Positions 1 through 13,619 are shown, numbered from the stretch's first letter. The stretch is 64,000 bases of DNA from Basidiobolus meristosporus CBS 931.73 (GCA_002104905.1 MCFE01000121.1:62001-126000), one strand, 5' to 3'. The notes: generated from the sequence alone by a model not told the origin. Program-made: numbers and translations.

Positions 1-1871
1 ATGGACAGTATTGCTGTCAAATGTGTGAGATCCAGGGGATTTACTTCATAACTGACACACACTATTATTACCCAAATGCCAGCACTAAGAACATCAGCTT
101 TCCACAGAGAGAACTTACAGAAGTTGGCATCCAATTGCTGCAAAGTTGGCTAGCTATAAGCTGGAATATGGAATCAATTGGAAACCAGCAATACTTAAGA
201 TAGAGGGTATCTGTTGGAGCAAAAGCTTTCCATTGGGAACAATGCATTTGCTTTTCAACACTATCTCTATAATGATGACCAAGTTGCACATGGGCATTTC
301 AAGCTAAATGAGCCCTTGAAGATATTACAGAGTATTTGCTACCCTAAGAACTTCTCACAGGCTCCAATTTATATTCATACACATATGCAACAATACAAAT
401 GCAAAGACTGGATGAACTGGAGATGTATTTATTCAAGTGGTGTTCTGAAGCCATTCCTATCAAGTGTGCATTGGAAGCATTGGGAGTCATATATGGACAT
501 TGTAGGAATATTTATCCTGAAGCAGATCACCAATGCCAACTTGATACATCTACAGCTGTTGTGTGAGGAGTTTGTGATGGAATTTAAGTAGCTATACTGG
601 AAATATAAAGCTGAATGTGTAGATCTCTGCCACTACTGTATCCATTCTATATTCCATCTTGCATAGTGTGTGGAGAATATCGGGTTTTGCTTCACCTTTT
701 GAGAGTTTCCTATGGAGCAGATGTGTGGGGAGATGGCAAGACAAGTCAAGTTGCAGGTACTACTATATCCCAATTACATCAACAATATTACCTTCAAGTC
801 TGTCATGGATGTGATGAGTTGGCATATAGAGGACAGCCAGGAAGAGTTGGAAAGTACTGAGGATAAATGTGCACATGGAGACACCTATGCCTATGACATC
901 AAGGAGCTAAGCAGCCCCAATGTGCAGGTAATCAGTTAAGTAATGCAATGTTGGGTTGGATACAAGAAGCAACTAGTTTTCATCAGGAAAATTCTATCAA
1001 GGTATGCTGGATTTCTCATGGTCACAAGCCAACTTCTACACCATTCAATATGGAATTCACACAAACAAAAGCCAGAGTGCACCTATAAGGGGGACTAGAG
1101 TCCAGCAGGGACAAGAAATATATTGGGTAAATACCAAGAAGTTCTTTGCAGATGTTCAGCAGGAATTGATGGCAGAGGTGGTGACAACCAAGCATATGTT
1201 TGCAGGATATATATGTAACCAGCAGTACATGGTATATGGCAAGTTTGCAAGTATCACACTAAAAAGCCGTAAAGTTGAGGTGTTAGAAGTATGTCAATTG
1301 TGGCAGGTATGCGCGTTTGTGGAGGTTAGTAAGCAGGAGGCCATGTTTTTTTGATTTGAACTATATGTGGAATACCCAAAGTAGTAGGGGGTAAGCAAAT
1401 AAAGAGGGATAATTCTGCAGTGGAATATATGAAGTGCACAATGGGGGTAGAAAAAGGAAATACCATTTTGTAAATTGGTACAATAGCATTATACAAAACC
1501 AGCTATAGGCCGTCATACTGCTAATAAAATGCCATCAGAGTCTTGCTGTGAGGCTGTCAAAATACCCCCAAGTTTCTTGCCATATAAGACAATTGGATGT
1601 CCTGGCCATTTGGATCCACTTAAAATAGTTATAGAGCGCTCAAAGACAGCAACAATACCATGCAGATATCATCACAGAACCACTTTAGTCTTGTCAAGTT
1701 TGATCCCTTCATTTGGTTGTAAAATTAGCAAAACACTATCACAATCCTTGGATAAGATTGTTAGGAGGGTCACTGTTTCCAAGCTGCTGGTATTGTGATG
1801 GTCTCTAAATGGGATCCTGATGGCTGATCTGGATCAGATCTACCTGCCGGACCAAATTATTTTTCATAGGG
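1..1871 (+). mobile_element. CACTA/EnSpm (CMC)-type DNA transposon, 3' part with degenerate transposase and right terminus; cut by window start
   Basis: Broken ORFs 21-203, 214-591, 712-939 and 1004-1354 are collinear paralogs of 33521-34934 (HWESY..IVGIF, MEQMCGEMARQVK). Ends TTTTTCATAGGG at 1871, the same terminus as 35412. Confidence 0.8.
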
Positions 1872-2145
1872 CAATATTGAATGCTTTACATGTATTATCT
1901 GTTCATTCTGCTTCTGAACTACTTCCTGAGGAAGAAGGCTCACTGCAGGATTGTAAGCCTATTTTCCCTAATAAGAGTACTATGCATGAGCCCAGCAAAA
2001 TCCCAACATGGAATGAAACTACACCAATAAAGAAATGTCAAGGATACTTTATGGAGCAAAGTCCAGCCAGTACGCAATTAGTTGGTGAATGATGTGATGT
2101 TAATATCAAAGAGATAGCATGTTTCCACAAATTTTGGCAATAATT
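1872..2145 (+). pseudogene. Fragment of the N-terminal region of the same CACTA-type transposase
   Basis: Homologous to ~32560-32780 (GSLQDCKPIFPNKSTMHEP vs GSLMDFEPILPNNSTMYEP; shared ggatactttatggagc and tggtgaatgatgtgatgtt). Confidence 0.7.
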
Positions 2146-4380
2146 GATTGCATCATCATCACCCAACTTGATTACACTTCATACATCTATTTCTGTATGA
2201 TAAGGATCTGCTGATTCATCTACTGACTAGAACTACTGATATGAAGATAACAATGACATACTGATAGGCAAGACCTTAAGCTGATTGATTTGTTTGAAAA
2301 CTGAACTAACTTGAATATTCAGCCAGTATATCATAACATTATTCCCTAATACAATTGAGAGGGGTTTCCAGAATCTCTTTTCTTGCAATACTAATATCTT
2401 GATGGTTCAGTATTGTAAGCAAGTTTTGCAAGCCTGAGTCTGTCTCCATGAACTAAGTCTTCCCAGATATTACCTTGATTGTCCACTATTGGTAAGTTGT
2501 AAATGGACATTCTCTGATGGTCTTGAAAGGTCCTGTCCATTGTGGCTCAAACTTCTTCCGTGTTGTTGTCTCTCAGAAATACAAAGTTCCCAACTGTCAA
2601 TGCCTCTGGTGATATAGTCTTATCAGATCTCTGCCTCATCTTTTCTGCGCTGGCCTATGCTTTTGGTGTCTTTGTTCCAGCTGTTGGTTTCTACTTGGCT
2701 GACTGTGTTCATCCTGTAAGGTGACTGTAAGCTTTGGTTTTGTAGAACTCCTAGAAACCTTAGTGCATATCCATCCACTAAGTAAAATGGCAATTGTTGC
2801 ATGGTGTTGTGCACTCTTACTCTGCAGGTAAAGAGTGCTTGGTCTATATACTCATCCAATCTACTAACAGCTCAGTTTGCGTACTTAGTCAGCATTTTTC
2901 CAAACAATTCATTAAACTGCTCAGTGACTCCATAAGTTCTAGGGTGAAATGCTGAGGTTGCAGGTGTTTGATTTGCTGCATTTCCAGGTAAGCTTCCAAT
3001 ATCTTTGCCATAACATTTGCTCCTCTAGTGGATGAAATCTCTACAGGGCATCCAAACTTCATAAGGATTTGTTGGTAGATGAAACTTGCAACTACTTGCT
3101 CACTGGCTAGAGGTATTGCTTTAGCCACTGGCCATTTAGTGGCATGTTCAATTGCTACTAGGATCCACCACTTGCATTTCCTGGTGGTTGGTAGTCTTCC
3201 AATAAAGTCAGTTCCTCATCTCTCAAATGGTCTCACAGGCTCTGAGGAAAAGAGTTCAGCAATTCTCTGTGGTTGGCCTTAGTTGATTTGGCAATATGGG
3301 CATGTTTTCACTAGCCTCTCAATATCTTGTTTCATTCTGGGCCACCATGCTCTGACTTTCACAAGGCTATAGGTTCTTTCAATTCCAAGATGTTCACATC
3401 CATTGTGTAGCTTATGTATTAAATCCAGGCAAGCAACATAAGGGCAATAGGCAATAGGGCTTCCATCAACAACTTGGTAGGGTGTTTCATCCTGTACCAT
3501 AAACTTGCTGGACTCTTCATCCACCACATTAGGATTGGCTTAGTCCTCCAAGTACTGTGGTAATAAGCTAGGCCAATCTAATTCATGCACCAAGTTGAGT
3601 TGTGTTACCTGTTCTAGTCTTAATAAGATATCAGCAACTGTGTTGTTTTTCCCAGGGCAGCAGACAATCTTCAAGTCAAATTGCTGAATGTATTCACACC
3701 ATCTTTCAATTCTTCTAGAGCTTGGCAGCTGACTAGCTCATTCTTGAGCATTTGAAAGGCAAAGTCATAAGCTATGTTGCACTTCATGGTGTTGTCTTTC
3801 ATGAGACTATCAGTTAAAAGGGCTTCAATACTTGCAAAGGACATGACAAATCTCCAATAATAGGAGACCATTTCAAGAACTAATCTGAGTTCTGATATGC
3901 TGTAGGGCTCCTTTAGATTCTTGATGACTTCAACCTTGTTGGGGTCTAAGGTTACTGCTGTGTTAGTCACCATGTGTCCCAGGTATTCAACATGTTCCTT
4001 CAAGAGTTCACACTCTGCTAGCTTGCCATACAGCTGTTCTCTCTTAACTTCTTCAAGACCTTTTCAATGTGCACCAAGAGTTCCTCTTCTGTCTTGCTGT
4101 ATATCAATATCTCATCTAAGTAGACTACCACAAACCTGTCTAAGTGTTCCCGGAAGACTACTGGCCCCAAGAGCATAAATGTTGCAGGGGCATTGAAAGG
4201 CCAAAACTCATGGCTTGGTACTCAAAGTGTCCATTTCTGGTCTTGAATGCTGTCTTAGGGATGTGTTATGGCTCCACCCTAATCTGGTGGTATCCTGACA
4301 TGAGGTCAATCTTGCTGAATAGGATAACTCCGTTGTGTTGGTCCAAAAGCTCAACAATCTGAGGTATGGGGTGCTTATTC
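2146..4380 (-). mobile_element. Old Ty3/gypsy family A copy, 3' half (partial 3' LTR 2146-2338; integrase, RNase H and RT remnants)
   Basis: Degenerate LTR ending TCATAACA at 2338; fragments [30 protein letters not shown]. Interrupted at 4380 inside the KNKYPIP coding region of RT. Confidence 0.85.
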
Positions 4381-5752
4381 TGTTACAAGTCTTGGTATAA
4401 GAGTTGTAGAGGAATAGGGAGTTTAGCTAGTATTGTATTCACTAAAACTTGAACTGATTTTTATTGAGGTTCCAGCAGCTCCTTATATACATTTTGCCAG
4501 ATTAATTGCTGACTAATTGTATTTCCTAATGTAGGTTGTGGCTGATGACTCATTTGATTGCATCATCATCACCCAATAAGATCCTACTTAATATATCTAT
4601 TTCTGTCTGATAAGGATCTGCTGATTCATTTGCTGACTAATGCTACTGATTTCATAGATAATACTGATATACTGATAACCTAAATATATACTAATTGATT
4701 TGACTAAAAACTGATCTAACTTAAACATTCAAGCGGCAGATCATAACATTCTCCCCTGCTAAAGTTGAGAGGGTTCTCCTGAATCTCTTTTCTTGTAATA
4801 CCAATATCTTGATGGTTCAGTATTATCAGCAAGTCTTGCAAGCTTGAGTCTGTCCCTATGCACTAAGTCTCCCCGGATATTACCTTGTTTGTCCACCAGT
4901 TGGTAAGTTGCAAATGGACATTCTCTGATGATCTTGAATGGTCCTGTCCATTGTGGCTCAAACTTCTTCCGAGTGTTGTTTCTTAGCAATACACAGTTCC
5001 CAACTGTCAATGCTTCTGGTGCTATAGTCTTATCAAATCTCTGCTTCATCTTTTCTGCACTTTGAGATACTTTGGTCTGTGCCTCTTGATGTCTTTGTTC
5101 CAGTGGCTGGTGTCTACTTGGCTGACTAAGTTCATCTTCTAAGGCATCTGTAAGCTTGGGTTTGTGTGAGATCTCCTGGAATCCTAGGTTCACATCCATA
5201 AACTAAGTAAAATGGTGATTGCTGGGTGGTGTTGTGTACTCTGACTCTGCATGCAAAGAGTGCTTGGTCTATATACTCATCCCATCTACTGACAACTCCA
5301 TTTGCATACTTGGTCAGCATTTTTCCAAGTAATCCATTAAACCGCTCAGTGACTCCATTAGTTCTGGGGTGATATGCCGAGGTTTTCAGGTGTCTGATCT
5401 GCTGCATTTCCAGGTAAGCCTCTAATGTCTTTGCCATAAAGTTTGCTCCTCTATTAGATAAGATCTCCACAGGGCATCCAAACTTCATCAGGATCTCATG
5501 GTAAATGAAACTTGCAACTTCTTGTTCACTGGCTATTGGTACAGCTTTAGCAACTGGCCATTTAGTGGCATGGTCAATAGCTACTAGGATCCAACGGTTG
5601 CATTTCCTGGTAGTTGGCAGTCTTCCAATAAAGTCAATTCCCCATCTCTCAAATGGTCTGACAGGCTCCAAAGGGAAGAGTTTGGCAATTCTTTGTGGCT
5701 GGCCCTGATTGATTTGGCAGTTTGGGCATGTTTTCACTAGCTTCTCAATATC

Positions 5753-6995
5753 TGTTGTGTTGTATTATGATTAGTTTGGGGCTTGTTCTACAATGTAGAG
5801 GCTAATTAACAATATACAACAACTTCCAGTATGTTAATACTGAAATAGTTTATTGGGAGTTTGATATACCGATAGAAGATATAACTTTCACTAATTTCCT
5901 CAATCTTGGGCTCAAAATATACTGTAGGCAGTGTTTATCACTTCTACAGCAGTGTTCTGACCTTCTGTTGACTAATGGGCTTATTTACTTTTATAGTAAC
6001 TTTTCCTTATTTGGAAGTCACTTTCCTTTCTGAGAAAATATTTCCTAATATGGATATTCTGAACTCCCCTTTAACCTAAAGGGGTGTGTTGTAGAAGTCT
6101 CTAAAGGGGTCTTTAGACCTAAAGGGGTGTCTAAAGGGGTGTCTTTAGAGTAAAGGGGCTTCTTGTAGTGGTCTCTAAAGTGGACTTTACACTAAAGGGG
6201 TGCCTAAAGGGGCTTCTTTAGAGTAAAGGGGTTTCTTAAAGGGGTCTCTAAAGTGGTCTTTAGACTAAAGGGTTGTCTAAAGGGGTGTCTTTAGAGTAAA
6301 GGTGTTTCTTAGAGGGGACTTTTCCGACAGAAAAGTGGTAGTTTCTTGTAGAACTTAGATTGGATTCTTGTGAGCTTTGCAGTCTCTTTACTGATGTAGT
6401 ACTGATCAAAGTCAGAATACTCAACAGTGCAAGTGATGCAGGGGAAGTCTTATAACCTTTGAACTTGTAATCATAGTGTGGAGATTCTGGAAAGAGAGGC
6501 TCTCTCTTTATTTTTCAGCTGGGGAAGTCATATATATGAAAATTTTGAAGGATCAAAGTTTTTGGGCGATTACGCAAGCAATACACGTAATATGAAGCTA
6601 AAATTTTGCAGTGGCGCAGATCGGACATAGGCGCAGCACCTGTGAAAATTTCACGTGATTTGATTGGCTGGTTCAAAAGTTACACGCGATCAAAGTCACC
6701 ATAGTAATCCTAGCAATAAGGCATAGTATATATAATAGTTGGACTCTTTTGGTCATTACTCCTTAAGTGCTGCTTCAAATGAGCTGTAATTTGAAACATG
6801 TGTTGGCTACTACGTGTTCTGTATGACATAATATTCCTGGGTGGATTGCATGTCAGGGTCTGGAGCATTTGCTCTTCAAAGTTGGAAATTCTTGATCTTT
6901 CTCTTGTGTGTTACAATAGCAAAAAGCAAAATAAAGAAATGAGTGCAATATTGGTTTAGAGATATTGTAGTAATGGAATACTTTCCATTACCACA
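5753..6995. mobile_element. 1243-bp solo-LTR-like insertion (family E) in the gypsy A integrase
   Basis: TGTTG...CCACA ends and 4-bp TSD TATC (5749-5752, 6996-6999). Removing it restores ctcaatatcttgtttc as seen at ~3320. A second copy lies inverted from 24126. Confidence 0.85.
6077..6318 (+). repeat. ~73-bp tandem repeat (about 3 copies) built from TAAAGGGG subunits
   Basis: Units start at 6120, 6193 and 6266 (period 73). Degenerate reverse-complement copy at ~24810-24950. Confidence 0.85.
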
Positions 6996-9900
6996 TATCT
7001 TGTTTCATTCTGGGCCACCATGCTCTGGCTTTCACAAGGCTATAGGTTCCTTCAATCCCAAGATGTCCATATCCATTGTGTAGCTTATGTATTAAATCCA
7101 GGCAAGCAACATAAGGACAATAGGCAATAGGGCTTCCATCAACAATTTGGTAGAGTGTTTCATCCTGTACAACAAATTTGCTGGCTTCATCACGGATTAT
7201 CTTCTTGATATCTTCATCCACCTTGTTAGGAATGGCTTGGTCCTCCAAGTACTTTAGTAATAGGCTAGGCCAATCTGATTCATGCACCAAGTTGAGTTGT
7301 GCAACTTGATCTAATCTTGATAAGGCATCAGCAACCGTGTTGTTTTTTCCAGGGCAGTAGACAATCTCCAGGTCAAATTGCTGAATGTATTCACTCCATC
7401 TTGTCATTCTTCTAGAGAGTACCTTCTGAGTAAATATATACTTGAGGGAGGCATTATCAGTCTTCACAGTGCATTTGACTCCTTCAATATAACATCTCCA
7501 TGTCTTCAAACAGTGTATTATAGCAAGCATCTCCTTCTCATGGACTGGATAGTTTTGTTCTGCTGAGTTCAGTTTCTTGGATTCAAAGACAACAGGGTAG
7601 TCCTTTCCCTTGTTTTCTTGGCTCAGCACTCCACCAATTGCATAATCTGAAGCATCTGTGCACAGAGTGAACTTTTTTCTGAAGTCTGGTATTCTTAGGC
7701 TTGGCAACTTAGCAAGTTCATTCTTTAGCGTCTGGAAGGCAGTCTCACAAGCTATGTCCCACTTGTAGGTATTGTCTTTCTTGAGGATATTAGTTAAAGG
7801 GGCTGCAATACTTGCAAATGACTTGACAAATCTCCAATAATAGGAAACCATTCCAAGGAAGGATCTGAGTTCTGATATGCTATGGGGCTGCTTCAAATTC
7901 TTGATTACTTCCACCTTCTTGGGGTCTAAGGTTACTCCTGTGCTAGTCACTATGTGTCCCAGATATTCTACGTGTTCCTTGAAGAATTCACACTTGGCTA
8001 GCTTGCCATATAGCTTGTTCTCTCTTAGTTTCTTCAAGACCTTTTCAATGTACACCAAGTGATCCTTTTCCATCTTGCTGTATATCAATATGTCATCCAG
8101 GTAGATTATCACAAACTTGTCTAAGTACTCCTGAAAGACAGTCTGCATCAGCGTCATGAATGTTGCAGGGGCATTAGTGAGGCCAAAACTCATGACTAAG
8201 TACTCGTAATGTCCATATCTGGTCCTGAATGCTGTCTTAGGGATATCTTCTGGTTTCACCCTAATCTGGTTGTATCCTGACATGAGGTCAATCTTGCTGA
8301 AAATAGTGGCTCCATTAGGTTGGTCTAAAAGCTCATCAATCCAAGGTATGGGGTACTTATTCTTGATGGTAACTGAGTTCAGGGCTCTGTAGTCAATGCA
8401 CATCCTAAGTGTTCCATCCTTCTTTTTCACAAAAAGCACTGGTGCTCCCCAGGGTGACTTGCTGGGCCTGATGTATCCTTGCTCCAATAGCTGATCAATT
8501 TGTCTCTTCATTTCCTCCAATTCCAATGGACTCATTCTGTAAGGTGTCTTGCTCACTGGAGGGCTATCTCCTGTGTCAATGGCATGATCCACGTCTCTGA
8601 CTGGTGGTAGGCTTACAAGCTAATCTGGAAACACGTCTGAATATTTCTTCAAGAGAGTCTGGACCTGCTGGGGTGCTGGGGTAGAGGAATCCTCCTGTAA
8701 TAACGCCATGAGGAACATCTGGGTACCTTTTCTAAGTGCTCTACAGAACTGGGTCTTGCTAAGTTCACTTGTCTAACACACACTGGAATTGACCAAGTTG
8801 CAATCCAGCCTGGCAGGTAATAGCTCATAGGTCTTGTTGTCTTTTTGGATCTGAGTAGCATGGGTTCTCCAGTTGATTGATGGATTACGACAAAATAGCC
8901 AGGTTTTCCCAAGTACAAGGTCAAACTTGCAGTTCCCAAATATATAAGCCTGTAGGTCTTCTTCATAGTCATTGATCTTCATTCTTACTGGCTGGGTAAT
9001 ACGGTTGATTATGTGGGAGTTCCCATCAGCTGTGGAGACTGAAGTTGATTTGGTAGGCTCTGAGTTGATTCCAGCTTTCAAAGCAAATTGCTCTGACATG
9101 TACTCATGCAATGCTCCTGAGTCAATCATGATCTTGGCAGGTACTCCATTGATTACTCCATTCAAGTACAATAACTTCCCTGAGTTTGAAGTCATTTGGG
9201 ACAAGTACTCTTCTGTCATATGGAAGGTGAGTTCTAAGTCTTCTTCAAGCTCATCTTCCACATTACTGTGTTCATGGGACTCAATATGGTTGAAGGTTCT
9301 TGTTGGCTGGTGTCCATTTCTTCTCTGAGGGCAGTACTTTGCAATATGTCCCTGCTGGTGGCAATTGAAGCAAAGTCCTCTCTTCTTGCATTCTTCTGAG
9401 GAGGGATTCTTCTGCATAGCGTCTATTTCCATTGGTACTACTTCTGATTGTCTTCTTTCATAATGATTATTGCCTTTCTGATTAGTCACTGTAGGCTTCC
9501 CAACTCCAAACATAGCTGAGTCATAGTCAATGGCAATCTTGATGGCTTCTTCAATAGTCTGAGGTCTTTGGTAATTGACTTCCTTGCAAGTTCTTTCTTT
9601 CAACCCATTAATAAAGTATTCAACTTGATCCAAGGGGTCCATTCTTTCAATTTGTCCAAGAAGACATCTGTACTTATAGATGTATTCTTGCACCATTCCT
9701 TTCTGTCTGAGTGTCTTTAACTTCCTTCTTAGTAGTGTCTGCTGGTGTGGAGGTTCAAGAGCTTCCTGAATTTCCGACACAAACTCATCCCAGGTAGAGA
9801 TTGTAGAGCATCCCATCATAGTGGCTGACCTGATCTTGTTGTGGTACCACTGTAAAGCTGCATCTGCCAGGTAAGAAGCTGCATAATGCAACTTGCTTTC

Positions 9901-10566
9901 TGGAGCAATTCCTTTAGCTTTAAAAGCTTCTTCAATCTGAAAGAGCCAAGTTCCCAGGTTTTCATTGACTCTGCCATGGTACCGGTTGACCTTCACACTA
10001 AAGTTGCTCTTGACAGGGCTTTGCTGGCTCTGAGCCATGGTAGTCATTCCTTGTTGCTGTTGGCTGAGGATCTGGAGTAACTGTTGCTGTTGGGCCAGGA
10101 TTTGCTGCATGGCATTCTTCCATTCTTGATTGTCCAACATCTTGAGGGTGGTTTCTTCTTTCTTCAGGAGGGAGGTTTCTGGTTATCACTGCTATCAATG
10201 TTACAAGTCTTGGTATAAGAGTTGTAGAGGAATAGGGAGTTTAGCTAGTATTGTATTCACTAAAACTTGAACTGATTTTTATTGAGGTTCCATCAGCTCC
10301 TTATATACATTTTGCCAGATAAATTGCTGACTAATTGTACTTCCTAATGTAGGTTGTGACTGATGACTCATTTGATTGCATCATCATCACCCAACAAGAT
10401 CCTACTTAATATATCTATTTCTGTCTGATAAGGATCTGTTGATTCATTTGCTGACTAATGCTACTGATTTCATAGATAATACTGATATACTGATAACCTA
10501 AATATATACTAATTGATTTGACTAAAAACTGATCTAACTTAAACATTCAAGCGGCAGATCATAACA

Positions 10567-11355
10567 ATTCTTCATAGCAACTGAGTGAGGGCTTTTTATT
10601 CAACGCAAATCCTAGGTGTTCCATCCTTCCTTTTCACACAAAGTACTGGTGCTCCCCAAGATGACTTGCTGGGCATGATATATCCTTGCCCTAATTACTG
10701 ATCTATTTGTCCTTACATCTCTTCCAACTCCAATTGACTTGTTCCTAGATTTTTATTGACTCTGGCATGATACCAGTTGACCTTCACACAAAAGTTGCTC
10801 TTAGCAGGATTTTGCTGGCTTGGAGCAATGGTAGTCATTCTTTGTTGCTGCTGGCTAAGGATCTGGTGTATTTGTTGCTTTTGGGCCAGGATTTGCTGCA
10901 CAGCATTATCCCATTCTTGATTTTCTGACTCTTAGAGGGGGGCTTCTTCTTTCTTCAAAGGAGAGATTTCTGGTTACTGCTACTACCAATCCTAAAGTCT
11001 TGATATAAGAGTTGCTGAGGAATAGCAAGTTTAGCTAGTATTGTATTCACTACAACTTGAACTGATTGTTCTTGAGGTTCCAGCAGCTCCTTACATATGT
11101 CTTGCCAGATTAATTGCCAACAACTTTTATTTTTTAATGTAGGATGTGGCTGATGACTCATTTAATTCCATCATCATCACCCAGTTTGATTATACTTAAT
11201 ATATGAATATCTGTAAGATAAGGGTCTGCTATTTCATCAGCTGACACCACTAATGAGCTGATAGGCAACACTGATATACTGATAGGCAAAAAATAAAACT
11301 AATTGATTTGATTAAAGCTGATCTCACTTAAACATTCAAGTTGTAAATGATAACA
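10567..11355 (-). mobile_element. Old gypsy A copy, 5' half: RT start fused to gag start (internal deletion) plus degenerate 5' LTR ~10990-11355
   Basis: Resumes the RT sequence interrupted at 4380. MQQILAQKQQIHQIL is the gag N-terminus. PBS-like TGGTAGTAG; LTR ends GATAACA at 11355. Confidence 0.85.
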
Positions 11356-11404
11356 GTCTCCCCAGCATCCTGTCCTACATCACTACCAATCCTGGATAGC
11401 TATA

Positions 11405-11700
11405 CCCTATGAAAATCATTGTGACAATCCTGTCAAAAGGCTGATGCAAATTCCAATGCCTGCAACAAAGAGGTATTGACCCCATCAGGATACTATGCCA
11501 AGACCATCAATTAATTTGCGCCCTAGATTCCACAAAGAATTGATCAATTTTCCATCACAACAATACAATAATGGCTTTTAACTGATTCTCTGCCAATTGT
11601 CTCTCATTCTGATCCTGGACACTCTACCACCTCCTGAGTTTGCATGCATTGAGTGGCTATAGCCTCTTTTTCACACTCCTTACTTCTTGACTTGACCATT
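11405..11700. mobile_element. Orphan terminus of a CCCTATGAA (CACTA-type) transposon; inner limit uncertain
   Basis: CCCTATGAAAA at 11405 is the reverse complement of the termini at 1871, 35412 and 45518. TGACAATCC resembles subterminal motifs near 35300. Confidence 0.45.
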
Positions 11701-11828
11701 TCTCTTACTTATCATTTGTGCAAATGGATTTATTTCTGTTGAAACTTCAGTTGAACCTCAATTGCCAATTATATAGACCCATACAAGTCCCTTTACTGTA
11801 CATCAACAGTAAGCCTAACCCCACACTC

Positions 11829-13619
11829 TGTTTCAATATAAGATGTGATCTTGACTTAACAAACTTATCAAGAAATGGTGATAGTAGTTGTGTTTTGGTT
11901 TAGTTATAAAGAAGCTCAGTATTTATACCTTTGTAGAAGTAATACAACTGCAACACTAGGTAAGGAGGGCTTCTCAACATTGAGAAGCTTTCTGTAACAG
12001 TTTCAGGGTTGATAAATAATGTCTGGTAAAAGTGCTAATATGATCTTGACTTTAGGAACAAAGGATCATAGATCTGAGGAAAGTGGCAAGGTTAGGGTTG
12101 TATATTAGTCCTACAGTGATTAAGACTAGTCTAGTATTGTTGAGTCAACTTCTAGCTGCTGAATGATACCAAATAGTTCAATATTTTAACATTCTGTACA
12201 AGTAACTGCATTGGAAATCACCACTTGGAATAATCACAGGTTCATATATCTGAAAGAGAGTGCCAAAGTTAGGGGTACAAATGAGTCTATTGTAATTAAG
12301 ACCTGGCCGTAATTGTTAAATAATTTTTAGCTGCCAAACCATACCAACTAGTTCAATGTCCCAACACTTCTCCTACACAAATAGTTTCTTAATCCTTATT
12401 CCTCTCTGAGATTCTCAAACTATAGCCTAGCTAGTGATCCACTCAATATATCTACCACCAATCTGTTAGTTGGGCAGTAAACCAACTCTACCAAGCTATT
12501 TTCTACAGCTTTGCTAACAAAGTGGTGTTGCATGTATAGTTCTAGCATGGTTTGTTGGACCTTGGAACTGATGAAATACAACTTAGATTACTCTTGTAAA
12601 TGTCTGTTGGTTCATCTGAAAAAAAACTTAAGTCATTGAATGCTTTTTGTAATCATTTAGCCTCCTTAGTTGCTTGACAAGCAGGCATACACTTTGCCTC
12701 AGCTGTGGAGAGTGCTATTGTTGATTTTATCTGACAATTCCAATTGATAGCCACACCAGCATACAGTAATACATACCCAGTGGCAGAGCATCTGCCAATC
12801 AGATCCCTACCCAGTCTGAATTAATATCACCATAAAATCCTTGCCTGTTAGCAGCTCTAGAGTGTTCAAGCATCAAACTTGTGGTACCTTGTATATATCT
12901 GAAAATCTACTTGACTGCTGTAATTTGATCGAATCCATAATTATGCATTACTTGAATATTTGTTACTACTGCCACAGCAATGTCTGGAAGTGTAAATACT
13001 ATTACAAAAATCAGGCTACTAATCATTGATTGGTTGGGGAAGTTTTTGTTCAAATTTAAGCATTTTTGACCAAAGACTGACTGAAATTTGCACAATTTTA
13101 GGTTATCTGTCATGGGGATTGCTGCAGGCTTGCAATTTAACATTTTGAAGCATCTAAGATTGTGTCTTATATACTTAGACTGATTCAACACAATTTTCTG
13201 CGTGGGTTTGTCAAATTTGACCTTATTCATAAGGAAATAGCTCAATTTTCCAGGATCTTGCATCCCAAGCTTACTGAAGATATCTGATTTTGTCTGTTTA
13301 AGTGTCTACTGGTCACTTGTTGCTACTATTAAGTTGTCAACATAGAGTAAAGGGTGATCACACCCTTTTTGAGCTGCTTCACATATATACATTATCTGCA
13401 GTGCAATAAATGAACATAATCTCCTCTGAATATATGTCAATCTTGTACTATGCTCTAGGTGCCTGTTTAAATCTATAGAGCAATACTCTGAGTTTGCACA
13501 CCTTATAGGGGCCTTTTGGGTTGGTAAAAACCTCTGGTTGCTCCATATTTTCAGTCAGTTGTAGTTCCCATTTAGAAAGGATGTTTTATGTCCCTTCAAT
13601 CAAGACCTAGACTGTATAC
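11829..13619 (-). mobile_element. Old Ty1/copia family A remnant: LTR 11829-12191, partial second LTR to 12364, RT/RNase H remnant
   Basis: LTR similar to 16896-17263. ORF 12907-13263 (DPGKLSYFL..NQSKYI..CKPAAIPM) is paralogous to 17258-18409. Truncated by the gypsy LTR at 13620. Confidence 0.82.

Larger units (their letters stand above)
4759..10140 (-). pseudogene. Single-frame gag-PR-RT-RNaseH-IN polyprotein of gypsy A, disrupted
   Basis: Gag with CCHC knuckle CFNCHQQGHIAKYC, protease [17 protein letters not shown], RNase H TDASD/DNASL, integrase GIDFIG/SNRGANF/ERFNG, GPF motif WTGPFKI. Two in-frame TAG stops between 8773 and 8592, a solo-LTR insertion at 5753-6995 and a frameshift near 5199. 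No chromodomain seen. Confidence 0.93.
4381..10566 (-). mobile_element. Full-length Ty3/gypsy family A LTR retrotransposon, the youngest gypsy here, nested in an older family A copy
   Basis: 368-bp TG...CA LTRs at 4381-4748 and 10199-10566 with 6 differences by eye. 4-bp TSD ATTC (4377-4380, 10567-10570). PPT AGCAGGGGAGAA next to the 3' LTR. Damaged PBS TGATAGCAG at 10189-10197. Confidence 0.96.

Noticed and set aside
4759-4900. Chromodomain or env gene after the gypsy A integrase
   Set aside because: The integrase ends shortly after the GPF motif, directly before the PPT and LTR, leaving no room and no matching motif.
6077-6318. Regularly spaced repeats as a CRISPR array
   Set aside because: These are degenerate head-to-tail 73-bp units without unique spacers, inside an LTR-like insert in eukaryotic DNA.
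6970-6995. Helitron 3' end suggested by the terminal hairpin
   Set aside because: There is no CTRR end or A/T insertion site. TG...CA ends and a 4-bp TSD fit an LTR-type insert.
8592-8775. Programmed gag-pol stop read-through at the TAG ending ORF 8773-10140
   Set aside because: The sister copy has GAA here (MCETSELSK), and a second TAG follows in frame where the sister has Glu. Both are simple nonsense mutations.
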